This document shows, piece by piece, positions 46,493-57,600 of a stretch of DNA of 64,000 nucleotides. Both the position numbers and the translations under genes were made by a program. The notes below the pieces were generated by a model. That model was not told the DNA's origin, did not search any database, and saw only the letters and a program-made list of their open reading frames with translations. Every line of letters begins with the position of its first letter. Positions within the stretch are counted from its first letter, which is position 1. This DNA is from Longimicrobiales bacterium (GTDB lineage Bacteria > Gemmatimonadota > Gemmatimonadetes > Longimicrobiales > Gaopeijiaceae): NCBI GenBank assembly GCA_965204735.1, contig OZ242008.1, positions 896,001-960,000 on the forward strand. Direction: 5' to 3'.

Positions 46493-49400
46493 GATCCATG
46501 TCATCCGGTCTCCCGCAAACCTCTGCCTGATCCACCGTCTCCTGATCGAAAGCGGCCTGTTCCACAGCCCTTGCCGGGAGATCATAGTATCGTGCGGCCA
46601 CGACCTCCTTCTTGGCGTAGTCCAAGTGCTTGGCGGGGTTCTGGATCATCAGCGGAGTCGGGTCCGGGTTGTCCAACGGATCCCAGACGACATAAAGCCA
46701 GTAGGTGTCGGCGAGCTGTTGCGCCTTGTACCACTCGTTGGTGGTCAGCCGGACGGGCTGGCCGCGTTGTCGGCCCTTGACCTCGATGCGGCGCACACCG
46801 GTCACAGGGTCCCGGTAGCCCGTCTGTGGGTCCGGCGGCGCCAGGCTTCGAACGTCGAAGCCGATCTTCTGGTGCCCGACCCGCTCGCACTCGCGGCCCT
46901 GGGCCTCCTCATAGGCGACGACAACGTCCTCCGCGGCAACCTCGACCCGCTGCGTCAACGCCGGGTCGGGTTCCTCTCTGAATACGAGGGCGCGCTCCGT
47001 ATCCGTGTCGGGAGGCAGTACCAAGCAGCTCGCTATGTGCCGCACGGGACCGTGCCGGGCGATGCGAAGCCGCTCAATACCGGCCAGGCGCTCCTCCTGT
47101 GTGCGTTGCAGATCGGCAAGATCCTGTTCCGCACGCTGACGTGCCAGCGTTACTTCCGGCTCTTTTGGCTCCCGGGCCCGTAGCCCCATCACCCGATCCT
47201 GCGAGGCACGGGCACGAGCGGCGAAAGACTTCTCGAGATAGTCGCGCGCTACTTCCGCATAGTGGCCGCGTTCGGCCTGGGCGTCTCGCCGCCGCTGCAT
47301 CTGGATCGTCGCCTTGACATAGTCGCCGACGAGGCCTTGGTCGATCCCGGGCAAGGTCACGGACGGACTCGGATGGGCAGGCAGATCGATGAGCGCGTCC
47401 GGCGGCACTGTGCTGAAACGATCCGCAACGGCGATATCTTCGCCGCCCTCCTCCCGCACGGCCACCAGCTCGGAATGTATCGTCGTCGCCTCGCCCTTGG
47501 TGTTCTGGCCCTGTACTGGAATCTCGTAGAAATGGAGACGGTAGGGAGATTTCCCGTGCGGGTCCACGTACACGGCCGTCTGGCCCGCAAGCCGCTCGCC
47601 AAGGCTGTCTTGCAACCTCTCGTCCACGGCGGCGTAGAGCGGATGTCCGGGACCGACGAGTACGGCGTCAAGGTGCCGATCCTGCTCCAGGTGCTCCTTG
47701 TAGAAGGTCAGCTTGCGGTAGCTCGCCTCGGGCTTCCCATGGCGCCGGACCGCGGCAAGGCGCTCGGAGCGGAGCTCGGCGCGCACGTGCTCGATCCGCC
47801 AGAGTCCGTCCGCTCTTGGCTCTGTCCGCAGGCCCACCGCCCTGGCAGCGTTCAAGAAGTGGGATTCGACATAGCGAGGCATGAGCCGCCGCTCCTCCGT
47901 TTCCAAGTTTGCCCGTGCGAAGGACGAAAAATCTACGTGGGCGCGGGCCAATGCAATCCCAGTCGCGTCTTCGTACAGATCGAGCTGCTTCGGATCGATC
48001 CGCTCAATCGCATCGAGATAGTCGTCGAGGCGGCGCGGCTCATAGGCCACCTCCCGAAGCATTTCCGGCAGGTTGACCTTGTTCAGGGAGAGCACTTCGC
48101 CGACGACGTCGAACACTCGATCGCCGAGCGCATCCCGCATCCGGTTCAACTTGCTCAGCAGGCGCTCCAGAATACGTCCTTCGATGACTGGCTGACCGTC
48201 CTGCGACGAAGTGGCGACGAAATTGAAGGCGTACACATCGCGAGACTGCCCGATGCGGTGGATGCGGCCAAGTCGCTGTTCGAGACGGGTTGGGTTCCAA
48301 GGCAGATCGTAGTTGACCATCAGGTGACAGAACTGGAGGTTGATGCCCTCTCCGGCGGCCTCCGTCGCCACGCAGATCTGGCGGCTAGTTCGGAAATCTT
48401 CTTGAGCCTGCTTGCGCTCGTGCGGGTTCATCCCGCCGTGAATTTCGCATGTCGAATACCCCCAGGACTCGAGATGGCTCCTCAGGTGGTTCAGCGTGTC
48501 CCGGTGCTCGGTGAAGATAAGGAGCTTACCGCGTCCGTCCTTCAGTTCGTCGAATTCCGTTCGTTCCAGGCACTCGCGCAATGCGACGAGCTTGGAATCG
48601 AGGCCGCCTTCGCGCAATCGGCCTACGCTCGTCGCGAGGTCCCGTAGCGCCGCGACCTCGGCCCGTAGCTGACCCAAGGCGAGGGCCGCTGTAGTCTCGT
48701 CGATGAGACAATCGCGAGATGCGTCGTCGAGGTCGTCTTCGTCCTGTTCTACGTCGGCAACTTGACCTGATGCCTGCGCGAGTCGTCTCGCCCGCTGGGC
48801 AGGGGGCAAGTTGTCGAGTTCGTCAACCAATTCTCTTAGCCGTGTTCGACGACGAATCAGCGATTCGTGAATTGCGCGGGTAGAGCTGGCCAAGCGACGT
48901 TGAAATACCGTGCGCACGAGAGCGACGCTGTTCTTTCGCCTTCCGGTCGTTTGTGGAAGGAACTCATTGATGTATGCCGTTACCGCCTTGTAAACCGCGT
49001 ACTCTTGTTCGCTGAGCGCAAAGCTGACCGTGTGTACGTGGCGGTCCGCAAACAACCGACGCCCATGCAGGTCCTTGAGGTCTTCCTTGAGCCGTCGAAG
49101 CGACCACGGGCAATCTTGGCCGAGTTGTAGTACATCGCGTCGAACATGAGCGGCTTCTTCGCCTACGCGATGGGGTTCGGGGAACAGGTCCCGGTCGATA
49201 AGCCGGATGAAGTGTGCGAACCGGTCATCGTCACCGTGATGAGGCGTGGCTGTCAAGAGCAGCAGGTGGTCGCAATGTTCGGAGAGCCGCTCGGCGAGCT
49301 GGTAGCGCTTCGTGCGCTCAATCCCGTCCCCGCGACCGGTGGAGTACTTGGTACGAGCACTGCACTTGTGGGCTTCGTCGATGATGACGAGGTCCCAGTG

Positions 49401-50120
49401 CTGCCGCCACACGCGCTCCCGCACCTCGTCCCGCTTGGCGTAGTCGATGGAAGACACGATCTGCGTCTCTCGCTCCCATAGGTTTAGGAACTGCTGCTGG
49501 TCGTTCGCGGAGTGAACGACCTGGAACGTTTCATTGAAGAAGCGGAGTAGCTCGTCCTGCCACTGAATGGTCAACGGTGCCGGAACGAGGATCAGGCAAC
49601 GCTCGACGGCCTCTCGGAGCTTGAGTTCCTTGATGAGAAGGCCGGCCATGATCGTCTTCCCCGCGCCCGGATCGTCGGCGAGCAGGAAACGCAGGCGCGG
49701 CTGTGGTAGCATCCTACGGTAAACCGCGTCGATTTGATGAGGCAGAGTGCGGATGCCGGAAAGGCTGACCGCAAAGTGACGATCGAAGGTGTACGCCAAG
49801 CGGATACGAGCCGATTCGATCAAGAGCCGCATCTCCTCGGGATCGGCGGGTTGCGCCGCAGCGACTTCCCGTGGGTGATCACCCGACGCTACAGCAGCGG
49901 CGGCTTCCTCCGAAGAGATGATGGCCTCTTCAAGCGCTCCGTCGGGCAGGCGCACCCGGCATTCGTAGCCGGCGGAATCAGGTGCCGCAAGCGTTCTGAC
50001 GTCTTCGAGGACGACAGGTACATCGAAGTGCCCCGGTAGCGAGAGTCGTCGTCCGACCCATTCCGACAACTGGGCCTTCGTCTTCCCGTTCGTCTCGTTC
50101 TTGAGTGCCTGTAGCGTCAT
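46485..50120 (-). CDS. SNF2-family helicase with C-terminal DUF3883-type PD-(D/E)xK nuclease
   Basis: LADDPGAGKT, DEAH, TATPH, EQRLGRIHRIGQ; GFDVRS...IEVKG, LTTNEW. Confidence 0.92.
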   Translation of the reverse strand: MTLQALKNETNGKTKAQLSEWVGRRLSLPGHFDVPVVLEDVRTLAAPDSAGYECRVRLPDGALEEAIISSEEAAAAVASGDHPREVAAAQPADPEEMRLLIESARIRLAYTFDRHFAVSLSGIRTLPHQIDAVYRRMLPQPRLRFLLADDPGAGKTIMAGLLIKELKLREAVERCLILVPAPLTIQWQDELLRFFNETFQVVHSANDQQQFLNLWERETQIVSSIDYAKRDEVRERVWRQHWDLVIIDEAHKCSARTKYSTGRGDGIERTKRYQLAERLSEHCDHLLLLTATPHHGDDDRFAHFIRLIDRDLFPEPHRVGEEAAHVRRDVLQLGQDCPWSLRRLKEDLKDLHGRRLFADRHVHTVSFALSEQEYAVYKAVTAYINEFLPQTTGRRKNSVALVRTVFQRRLASSTRAIHESLIRRRTRLRELVDELDNLPPAQRARRLAQASGQVADVEQDEDDLDDASRDCLIDETTAALALGQLRAEVAALRDLATSVGRLREGGLDSKLVALRECLERTEFDELKDGRGKLLIFTEHRDTLNHLRSHLESWGYSTCEIHGGMNPHERKQAQEDFRTSRQICVATEAAGEGINLQFCHLMVNYDLPWNPTRLEQRLGRIHRIGQSRDVYAFNFVATSSQDGQPVIEGRILERLLSKLNRMRDALGDRVFDVVGEVLSLNKVNLPEMLREVAYEPRRLDDYLDAIERIDPKQLDLYEDATGIALARAHVDFSSFARANLETEERRLMPRYVESHFLNAARAVGLRTEPRADGLWRIEHVRAELRSERLAAVRRHGKPEASYRKLTFYKEHLEQDRHLDAVLVGPGHPLYAAVDERLQDSLGERLAGQTAVYVDPHGKSPYRLHFYEIPVQGQNTKGEATTIHSELVAVREEGGEDIAVADRFSTVPPDALIDLPAHPSPSVTLPGIDQGLVGDYVKATIQMQRRRDAQAERGHYAEVARDYLEKSFAARARASQDRVMGLRAREPKEPEVTLARQRAEQDLADLQRTQEERLAGIERLRIARHGPVRHIASCLVLPPDTDTERALVFREEPDPALTQRVEVAAEDVVVAYEEAQGRECERVGHQKIGFDVRSLAPPDPQTGYRDPVTGVRRIEVKGRQRGQPVRLTTNEWYKAQQLADTYWLYVVWDPLDNPDPTPLMIQNPAKHLDYAKKEVVAARYYDLPARAVEQAAFDQETVDQAEVCGRPDDMDHG

Positions 50121-50274
50121 TTGGGCGTGTGATTGGCCAGGAGACAATCCAAGACAGCACGTCAAGATACTACTAGGGAACACGCCGGATGTCCACCGGG
50201 GCCTGGAGAGAGCGGCCTACCACGGCAGAAACGGTCATGTTTGGTCGCATATCCCTATATGATCCAGGGTCCTG

Positions 50275-50420
50275 AACGGGCTGCTGAGGTAGGCGACGGC
50301 GACGAAGTTCTCGGTGGACGCGGTACCGCGGGCCCGGAGTTTCGCCGCCTAGACCAGCGAGTTCATGGCCTCCAGTATCCCGTTTCTGATCCGCGAGCGG
50401 AACCACGCTACGCGATGCCC
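50275..50420 (-). mobile_element. ISL3 transposase C-terminal relic
   Basis: VAWFRSRIRNGILEAMNSLV*AAKLRARG...NFVAVAYL with an in-frame TAG at 50349-50351. Confidence 0.75.
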
Positions 50421-50490
50421 CTCGTCCGGCCGGTCCCCCACAGCCCCGTCCGCCCCGGGCGGAACCCGGAGACCCGGACGCAGGACCGCC

Positions 50491-51585
50491 TCAGACGAAG
50501 CGGTAGAGCCTTACGTCCAGGGACCGCGTCGCCCGTTCGGCGTCCCGCCACTGGACCATGATCGGGCTCTGGTAGGTGCCGCTGGGGATCACGCTGGTTC
50601 CGTCGCCGGCGAGGTCGAGCACAGGGAGGCTGATCTGCCGCTTCATGCGCAGGAAGTGGGAGACGGGGACCGCCAGCGCCCGATTCACGATCCGCTCCAC
50701 GACCGACCTGCGCACGCCCATTCGATCCAGCAGCGTGTTGAGGACCTGCACGGCGTCGAACTGGGCGTAGTTGAGGGTCTTGGCGGGAATGGCCCGGGGG
50801 TCCCGCAAGGCGTTTCGGCCTCGCTCGGCCATGAACCGCAGGGGATCCGCCAGCACTTCCCGCAGGTCGTGCGTCATGAGCAGCGTTTCGTACTCGTTGA
50901 CCGTCAAGCCGGCGTTCCGCTCGTCGGGCGCGAGGGAGACGTCGAGTCGGCCGAAGGACACTCCGTGAGCTTGCGCAAGCTTCCGCAGCTCTTCCATGAC
51001 CCCGAGGTTCGGGTCCCGCAGGTTGCATGCGTCGAGGGCGTGGGACGGCGCCTCCACGTCCAGGGTCAGGCGGGCGACTTCGGTCTCGCCGCCGTAGGCC
51101 ACCACCGTGGTGCGCCGGCGTCTCGTTCCCGCGTCGTGGACCCCGTCGAGCTCCACGAACCACACCGGGTCGTCCCGCTGCTCGTAGGACACGCAGTTCT
51201 TCAGCCCCGCGCCGATGAAGGTGAGGTGCGAGTCGGCGTTCTTGGGCTCGTTGGCCCGCTGCTCCTCCGACAACTCGGTGCGCAGGTGAAGCTTGTCGTG
51301 GACGTAGCCGGCGTCCGGCGGAAAGAGCTTGCGGAAGACCTGGAGGAACTCCTGCACGTTCTCGTCGTCGTGCTCCAGCCTCTCGGCGATCCGCTGGTCC
51401 AGGTAGCCCGCCGTCGTGTGGTCGGAGACGTAGAGCGCCTTGGGGAACTGGGTGAAGCTGCTCCCGAACTCCTTGGCCAGGCTTCCCCGCACGTCGATCA
51501 GCTCGATCCGCGACGAAGGCTTGATTCGCAGGACGGCCTGGAACGGACCGTTGCCCGACGAGCTGCGGTGCTCCAGCTCAATCAC
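50491..51585 (-). CDS. YjbQ-like protein, about double length
   Basis: HTTAG, YVHD, NADSHL, VELDG..RRR; second half has AGLTVNE and GTYQSP. Confidence 0.65.
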   Translation of the reverse strand: MIELEHRSSSGNGPFQAVLRIKPSSRIELIDVRGSLAKEFGSSFTQFPKALYVSDHTTAGYLDQRIAERLEHDDENVQEFLQVFRKLFPPDAGYVHDKLHLRTELSEEQRANEPKNADSHLTFIGAGLKNCVSYEQRDDPVWFVELDGVHDAGTRRRRTTVVAYGGETEVARLTLDVEAPSHALDACNLRDPNLGVMEELRKLAQAHGVSFGRLDVSLAPDERNAGLTVNEYETLLMTHDLREVLADPLRFMAERGRNALRDPRAIPAKTLNYAQFDAVQVLNTLLDRMGVRRSVVERIVNRALAVPVSHFLRMKRQISLPVLDLAGDGTSVIPSGTYQSPIMVQWRDAERATRSLDVRLYRFV

Positions 51586-51813
51586 GGGGACGCTTCTCGA
51601 TCACCGGGCGCTTCCCAGCTCAATCACGGGCACTTCCCTGCAAGAGTTGCCGCCTGCCCAACTGCCGCCGAACCCACCAATTTCCACCGAACAGTCGGAA
51701 ACGGCAAGCCTTGCCCTGCCTTTCGGGCGGCGGCTATCGTTGCGGGTCCAGCCGGGGGGCCGGCAGGGGGCCGGCGGGTCGGGGCGCAAGTCGCAGGGAC
51801 AAGGAGTGGGCCA

Positions 51814-52284
51814 ATGTCGCGAGCCGGGAGTCTGGTCAAGGAGCTGGAGACGTCCCTCAAGTACTTCAAGGCCACGCTGGCCGTCTTCGAAGAGGGCGAT
51901 TCGGGGTTCGCGCCCCGGACCGAGCTGTACACCGTGGCGGGGCACGTCGCCCACACGGCGGACTCGGTGGAGTGGTTCGTCGAAGGGGCGTTCGGCCAGG
52001 GATGGAACACGGACTTCGAGGCGCTGATCGCCGCTGCCCGGGCCGTCGCGTCCTTGTCGGAGGCCGTCGAGTGGCTCGACCGGGCGTATGCGGGAGCGGT
52101 CGAGGCGGTCGGCGCCGCAAGCGACGAAGAGCTGGCCGAACCGATCCCCGACCGGCGGATCATGGCCGGAGCGCCTCGGGCGGCGATCGTCGGCGGCATC
52201 GTGGACCACACCGCCCACCACCGGGGCTCGCTTGCCGTTTACGCCCGACTTCTCGGCAAGACGCCGGCAATGCCTTACGGCTGA
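51814..52284 (+). CDS. DinB-family protein
   Basis: TVAGHVAH, HTAHHRGSL; AGGAG RBS. Confidence 0.85.
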   Translation: MSRAGSLVKELETSLKYFKATLAVFEEGDSGFAPRTELYTVAGHVAHTADSVEWFVEGAFGQGWNTDFEALIAAARAVASLSEAVEWLDRAYAGAVEAVGAASDEELAEPIPDRRIMAGAPRAAIVGGIVDHTAHHRGSLAVYARLLGKTPAMPYG

Positions 52285-52315
52285 TCAGGCGTCAGGCCGG
52301 GCCGGGACGGTTCGC

Positions 52316-53740
52316 CTACACCACCCAGTGCCCGATCAGGGCGCAGATGGGAACCGTGATCAGCGTCCGCAACAGGAAGACGGCCAGCAAGTCGCCGACG
52401 CCCAGCGGCAACTTCGACTTGAGCAGGAAAGCGCCCACTTCCGACATGTAGACGAGCTGGGTCGCCGACGCGCAGGCGACGACGAAGCGCGTCAGCTCGC
52501 TGTCGATTCCCTGGGCCAGGACGACCGGGAGGAACTGGTCGGCGAAGCCTACCAGGAGCGCCGGCGCCGCGGCGGCGGCCTCGGGCAACCGCAGGAGCTC
52601 GACGAACGGGATCAGCGGGTACGAGAGCCACTCGAAGAGCGGAGTGTGGTGGGCGACGGCCAGGGCCGAGGTCCCGACCACCATCACAAGAGGCATGAGC
52701 CCGAACCAGATGTCGAGGGTCGTTCCAGCGCTGCCGCGGGCCAGCGCCCTGGCGGAAGGCGCGCGGGCCGCCCGGGCGATGGCCAGCTCGACGGCTCGGG
52801 AGAGCGCGCCGCGGCCGGTCGGGGTCGCCTCGGGGGGCGGCGGCCCGGCGGGAGAGTAGCGGTCGCGCTTCCGGGAAAGGGGCGGGATGCGCGGCAAGAG
52901 CGCCGCCGCCGCAACTCCGCTGACGACCAGGGCGGCGTACACGAAGAAGAAGCGATGGCCCACGCCCGCCACGTCGGCGACCACCTTGGCGAACGCCACC
53001 GACACCACCGAGAAGCCGAGGGCGATCACCGACGCTTCCCGCTCGGTGTAGTAGCCTGCGTCGAACTGCTTCGTGGTGATGACCACGCCCACCGTCGAAG
53101 AGCCGAACCACGACGCTGCGCAATCCACGGCGGAGCGGCCCGGCAGCGTCAGCACGGGCCTGCACACTGGGCGCGCCAGCGTGCCGACGAACTCCATGAG
53201 GCCGAAGTCGGTCAGAAACGGCATCAGCGCCGACGCGACGAGGAAGACCGCGAAGATCACGGTCATCAGCTCCCGAAGGATCGTCCCGCCGGTGTCGGGC
53301 GATGCGAGCCACGTCGGTCCCGTGTCGAAGAGGACCATGCACGCGCCCGTCGCCGCCGCGACTCGCAGGAGCACGCCGGCAGGAGCGGCGACGAAGGCCC
53401 GGGACAGCTGGCTGGGCCGCTGCCTCCAGCGTGGGCGCATGACCAGTCCATAGGCGGATGCGACCGCCGAAAGGCAGAGAGTCGCCGCGACCAGCCATGG
53501 CAGGGCGCCCCCCAGCAGCGCCTTGACCCCGTCCACCACGATCCCGATCCCGATGTTCAGGCCGTTGCCGGTGGGCAGCGGGGTCAGGAAGAAGAGGACG
53601 CCCAGCGACGACGGCAGCACGAAGCGCGCCAGGGATGGGGGTCTGGCGGGCCCCGACGGGGCGCCGGCGCGGGGACGGATCGGCGCGGAGGAGCGCCGGG
53701 CCCCGGAGCTGCCGGAGCCGGGCGGCGAGGAGTCGCTCAT
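52316..53740 (-). CDS. YjiH-family (nucleoside-gate) membrane transporter
   Basis: DFGLMEFVG, LPGRSAVD, GYYTEREA, YMSEVG. Confidence 0.85.
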   Translation of the reverse strand: MSDSSPPGSGSSGARRSSAPIRPRAGAPSGPARPPSLARFVLPSSLGVLFFLTPLPTGNGLNIGIGIVVDGVKALLGGALPWLVAATLCLSAVASAYGLVMRPRWRQRPSQLSRAFVAAPAGVLLRVAAATGACMVLFDTGPTWLASPDTGGTILRELMTVIFAVFLVASALMPFLTDFGLMEFVGTLARPVCRPVLTLPGRSAVDCAASWFGSSTVGVVITTKQFDAGYYTEREASVIALGFSVVSVAFAKVVADVAGVGHRFFFVYAALVVSGVAAAALLPRIPPLSRKRDRYSPAGPPPPEATPTGRGALSRAVELAIARAARAPSARALARGSAGTTLDIWFGLMPLVMVVGTSALAVAHHTPLFEWLSYPLIPFVELLRLPEAAAAAPALLVGFADQFLPVVLAQGIDSELTRFVVACASATQLVYMSEVGAFLLKSKLPLGVGDLLAVFLLRTLITVPICALIGHWVV

Positions 53741-53800
53741 GGGTTCGCTTCCAGGGACGAGGGCGACGCAATGGCTGGGACCCGCCTATATTGGGCGATC

Positions 53801-54589
53801 ATGATCTCGCTCGCAGGCCGGACCGCCGTGGTCACGGGGGCAGCCAAGGGCATCGGCGCCGCGTGCGCCCGGGCCTTCGCCGAGCACGGCGCCAATGTGG
53901 TGCTGGCCGACGTCCTTGCCGAACGCTGCTCCGAGACCGCCGCCGAGATCGCCGAAGCCACAGGCCGCGACACGCTGGCGGTCGAGGCCGACGTCGGCGA
54001 CGAAGGCGACTGCGCCCGAACGCTGGACGCCTGCACCGAACGGTTCGGGCAGTGCGACATCCTCCTCAACAACGCCGGGATCATCGTCTCGGGCTCGATC
54101 CTGGACGCCGATCCGGCCGACTTCGACCGGGTGCTGGCGGTGAACCTCCGGGGCCCGTTCATCCTCGGCCGGCTGGTCGCCCGCCACATGGTGGAGCGCC
54201 GAGTCGCCGGCACGATCATCAACATGTCGTCCACCAACGCCGTGGTGACGATCCCCAACCAGCTGGCCTACGCCGTCTCCAAGGGCGGAATCGCCCAGCT
54301 CACCAAGGTCATGGCCGTGGCGCTGGCGCCTCACGACATCCGAGTCAACGCCATCGGCCCCGGCACGATATCCACCGACATCGTCGACGCCGTCATCGAG
54401 GACGACGAGGCCCGGCGCACCGTGCTCTCCCGAACCCCGCTGGGACGGTTCGGCGACCCGGCGGAAGTGGCGCGGGTGGCCGTGTTCCTCGCCAGCGACT
54501 ACGCCTCGTACGTCACCGGCGACACGATCTATCCCGACGGCGGCCGGCTCTCCCTCAACTACACCGTTCCGCTGCGCCACGACGGCTAG
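53801..54589 (+). CDS. SDR oxidoreductase
   Basis: TGAAKGIG, NNAG, YAVSK. Confidence 0.92.
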   Translation: MISLAGRTAVVTGAAKGIGAACARAFAEHGANVVLADVLAERCSETAAEIAEATGRDTLAVEADVGDEGDCARTLDACTERFGQCDILLNNAGIIVSGSILDADPADFDRVLAVNLRGPFILGRLVARHMVERRVAGTIINMSSTNAVVTIPNQLAYAVSKGGIAQLTKVMAVALAPHDIRVNAIGPGTISTDIVDAVIEDDEARRTVLSRTPLGRFGDPAEVARVAVFLASDYASYVTGDTIYPDGGRLSLNYTVPLRHDG

Positions 54590-54603
54590 GGCGCCCGCTT
54601 CCC

Positions 54604-57600
54604 ATGCCCAGAGCCCGACTGGCCATCGACATCGGGGGCACCTTCACGGACGTCGCGCTGGAGGCCGACGGCCGACTCTTCACCGTCAAGGCGCTTACCA
54701 CCCGCGCCGCGCCGGAACAGGGCGTCATGGCGGGCGTGGCCATGGCGATGCGGGCGTCGGCGGCTGGAGGGTCCGGCGTCGCCGCCCGGGCGGTCCGACC
54801 CGACGACGTGGGCTTGGCGATCCACGGCACGACCCTCGCCACCAATGCGATCATCGAGCGGAAGGGAGCGCGAACGGCCCTCTTGACCACGGCCGGGCAC
54901 CGCGACGCGCTGGAAATGGCCCACGAGAACCGCTTCGAGCAGTACGACGTCGGGGTGGACCGGCCGCCGCCGCTGGTGCCGCGTCGCCTGCGCTTGCCCG
55001 TGACGGAGCGGGTGGACAGGAACGGGCGCGTGCTGGTTCCCCTGGACGAGGCGTCGCTGCGGACGCTGCTCCCCATCTTGGACGACGCGGGGGTGGAAGC
55101 GGTGGCGGTGGGCTTCATTCACGGCTATGCGAACCCGAGTCACGAGCAGCGGGTGCGCGAGTTCCTGGCTGCGGAGCGTCCGCGAGTGGCGGTGACGCTG
55201 GCGTCGGAGGTGTGCCCGGAGGTGCGGGAGTACGAGCGGCTCTCGACGGCGTGCGCCAACGCCTACGTGCAGCCCCTCATGTCCCGCTACCTGAAGGGCC
55301 TCGCCGACTCGCTTCGGGAGGCGGGGTTCTCGTGTCCGTTCCTCCTCATGACCTCCAGCGGGGGACTCGCGACGCTGGCGACGGCCGTCGCGGCGCCGGT
55401 GCGGCTGGTGGAGTCGGGGCCTGCGGGCGGCGCGATCCTGGCCGCGCACTTGGCGCGGACCCTGGGGCTGGGCGACGTGCTCTCCTTCGACATGGGGGGC
55501 ACCACCGCAAAGCTGTGCATCGTCGACGGGGGAAGGCCGCTGACGTCGCGCACCTTCGAAGTCGCCCGCAGCTACCGCTTCCAGAAGGGCAGCGGTCTGC
55601 CAGTGCGGGTCCCGGTGATCGAGATGGTGGAGATTGGCGCGGGGGGCGGCTCCATAGCCGAAGTGGACGACCTGGGTCGAGTGCGGGTGGGGCCGGCGAG
55701 CGCCGGATCGGACCCGGGTCCGGCAGCGTACGGGATGGGCGGCGAGCGCCCCACCGTGACCGACGCCGACCTGACGCTGGGAAGGCTCGACCCGGCCCTC
55801 TTTGCGGGGGGCGCGATCCCGCTGGACGCCGGGGCGGCCGCTGCCGCCCTAGACGGGCACGTGGGGACCAAGCTCGGAATCGAAGCGGCGGCGGCTGCCC
55901 GAGCGATCGGCGAGGTGGTGGACGAGAACATGGCCAACGCCGCCAGGACCCACGCCGCGGAGTGGGGCAAGGCAATGGCCGGCCGGGCGCTGGTGGCGTT
56001 CGGGGGCGCGGCGCCGATCCATGCGGCGCGCCTGGCGGAGAAGCTGGAGATCGACCGGATCGTGGTGCCCCGCAACGCGGGCGTGGGCTCGGCCGTGGGC
56101 TTCCTGCTGGCGCCCATCTCGTACGAGGTCGTGCGCAGCCGGTACATGCGGCTCTCGCGCTTCGACGCCCCGCTGGTGTCGAAGGTCCTGGCCGAGATGC
56201 GGGCCGAAGCTGCGGAGGTGGTGTCGCAGGGCGCCCCGGGGGCCGTTGCCGACGAGCGGGCCCGCGCCTACATGCGCTACGCCGGCCAGGGACACGAAAT
56301 CGGCGTCGATCTTCCCGACGGAATCGAAGGCGAAGACGGCGGCCCGCTGCTGCGCGAAGCGTTCGACTGCGCCTACGAGGCGATGTTCGGCCGCACGATC
56401 CCCGGCCTCGACGTGGAGGTCCTGAGCTGGACGCTGGCGCTGGCGGCGGACGCGGACGACCACCAGCCGACGCCGGACCGCGCGCCGACGGGTGCGATGG
56501 ACGACCATTGGCCGACGGCGGAACGGGTGCCGACCGAGGGTCGCGTGCCGACGGACGACCGCGTGCGCTCCATAGGCCCCCTTCCGGCGAAGAGCCGCCT
56601 GCGCGCCGAGGCGACGCTCCCGGCGACCGTTGTAACAACCGCCTGGGCGACAGGCGCCGACCGAAGCGCGGTCCCCGTCGCGACGTACCGTCGCCGCGAG
56701 CTGACCCCGGGTGACCGCGTCGCGGGACCGGCCCTCGTGACCGAAGCTCAGACCACCACGGTCGTGCCGGCCGGCTTCCAGGCGGAGACGCTGCCCAGCG
56801 GCGACCTGCTGCTGGTGCGAGGCCGGCTCGCGAGGGACCAGCACGCCGCCGGCGTACAGGCGAGCCGGCCCGCCGCGACGCCGCCAACGCCTCCCGGAGC
56901 TGGGGCCACCGTCTCGCCCGGCCCGAGCGCCGGCACGTCGGACGCCTCGCCCACCAAGCCGGAGGCCGGAAGCGAGTCCCGAGGCGTCCTCGAGGGCCAG
57001 ATCATGTGGAGCCGGCTCCTGTCGGTCGTCGAAGAACAAGCCCGGACGCTGGTTCGGACCGCCTTCTCGACGCCGGTTCGGGAGGCGGGCGACCTCTCGG
57101 CGGGCGTCTTCGACGTGTCCGGACGGATGCTGGCCCAAGCAGTCACGGGCACGCCGGGACACGTCAACGCAATGGCCGAGTCGGTCGCCGAGTTCCTGGC
57201 CGAGTTCCCCGCCCACAAGCTCTCCGAGGGCGACGTGCTCGTCACCAACGACCCTTGGAAGGGCACCGGGCACCTCAACGACTTCACCGTCGTCACCCCC
57301 GCCTTCCACGGCGGACGGCTGGCGGCCCTCTTCGCCGCCACGAGCCACATCGCCGACGTGGGCGGACGAGGGTTCGGAGCGGACGCCGGCCAAGTGTACG
57401 AAGAGGGCATCCGCATCCCCATCGGCCACCTGATTCGCGACGGTCGGCTGGACGCCACTTTGATGCGCCTAGTGCGGGCCAACGTTCGCGAGCCCGACGT
57501 GGCCGAGGGCGACCTGCACTCGCTGGTGGCGTGCAACCGCACCGGGCGCCGGCGACTGTCGGCGATGATGACCGAGTTCGGAATCGACTCGATCGCGGCG

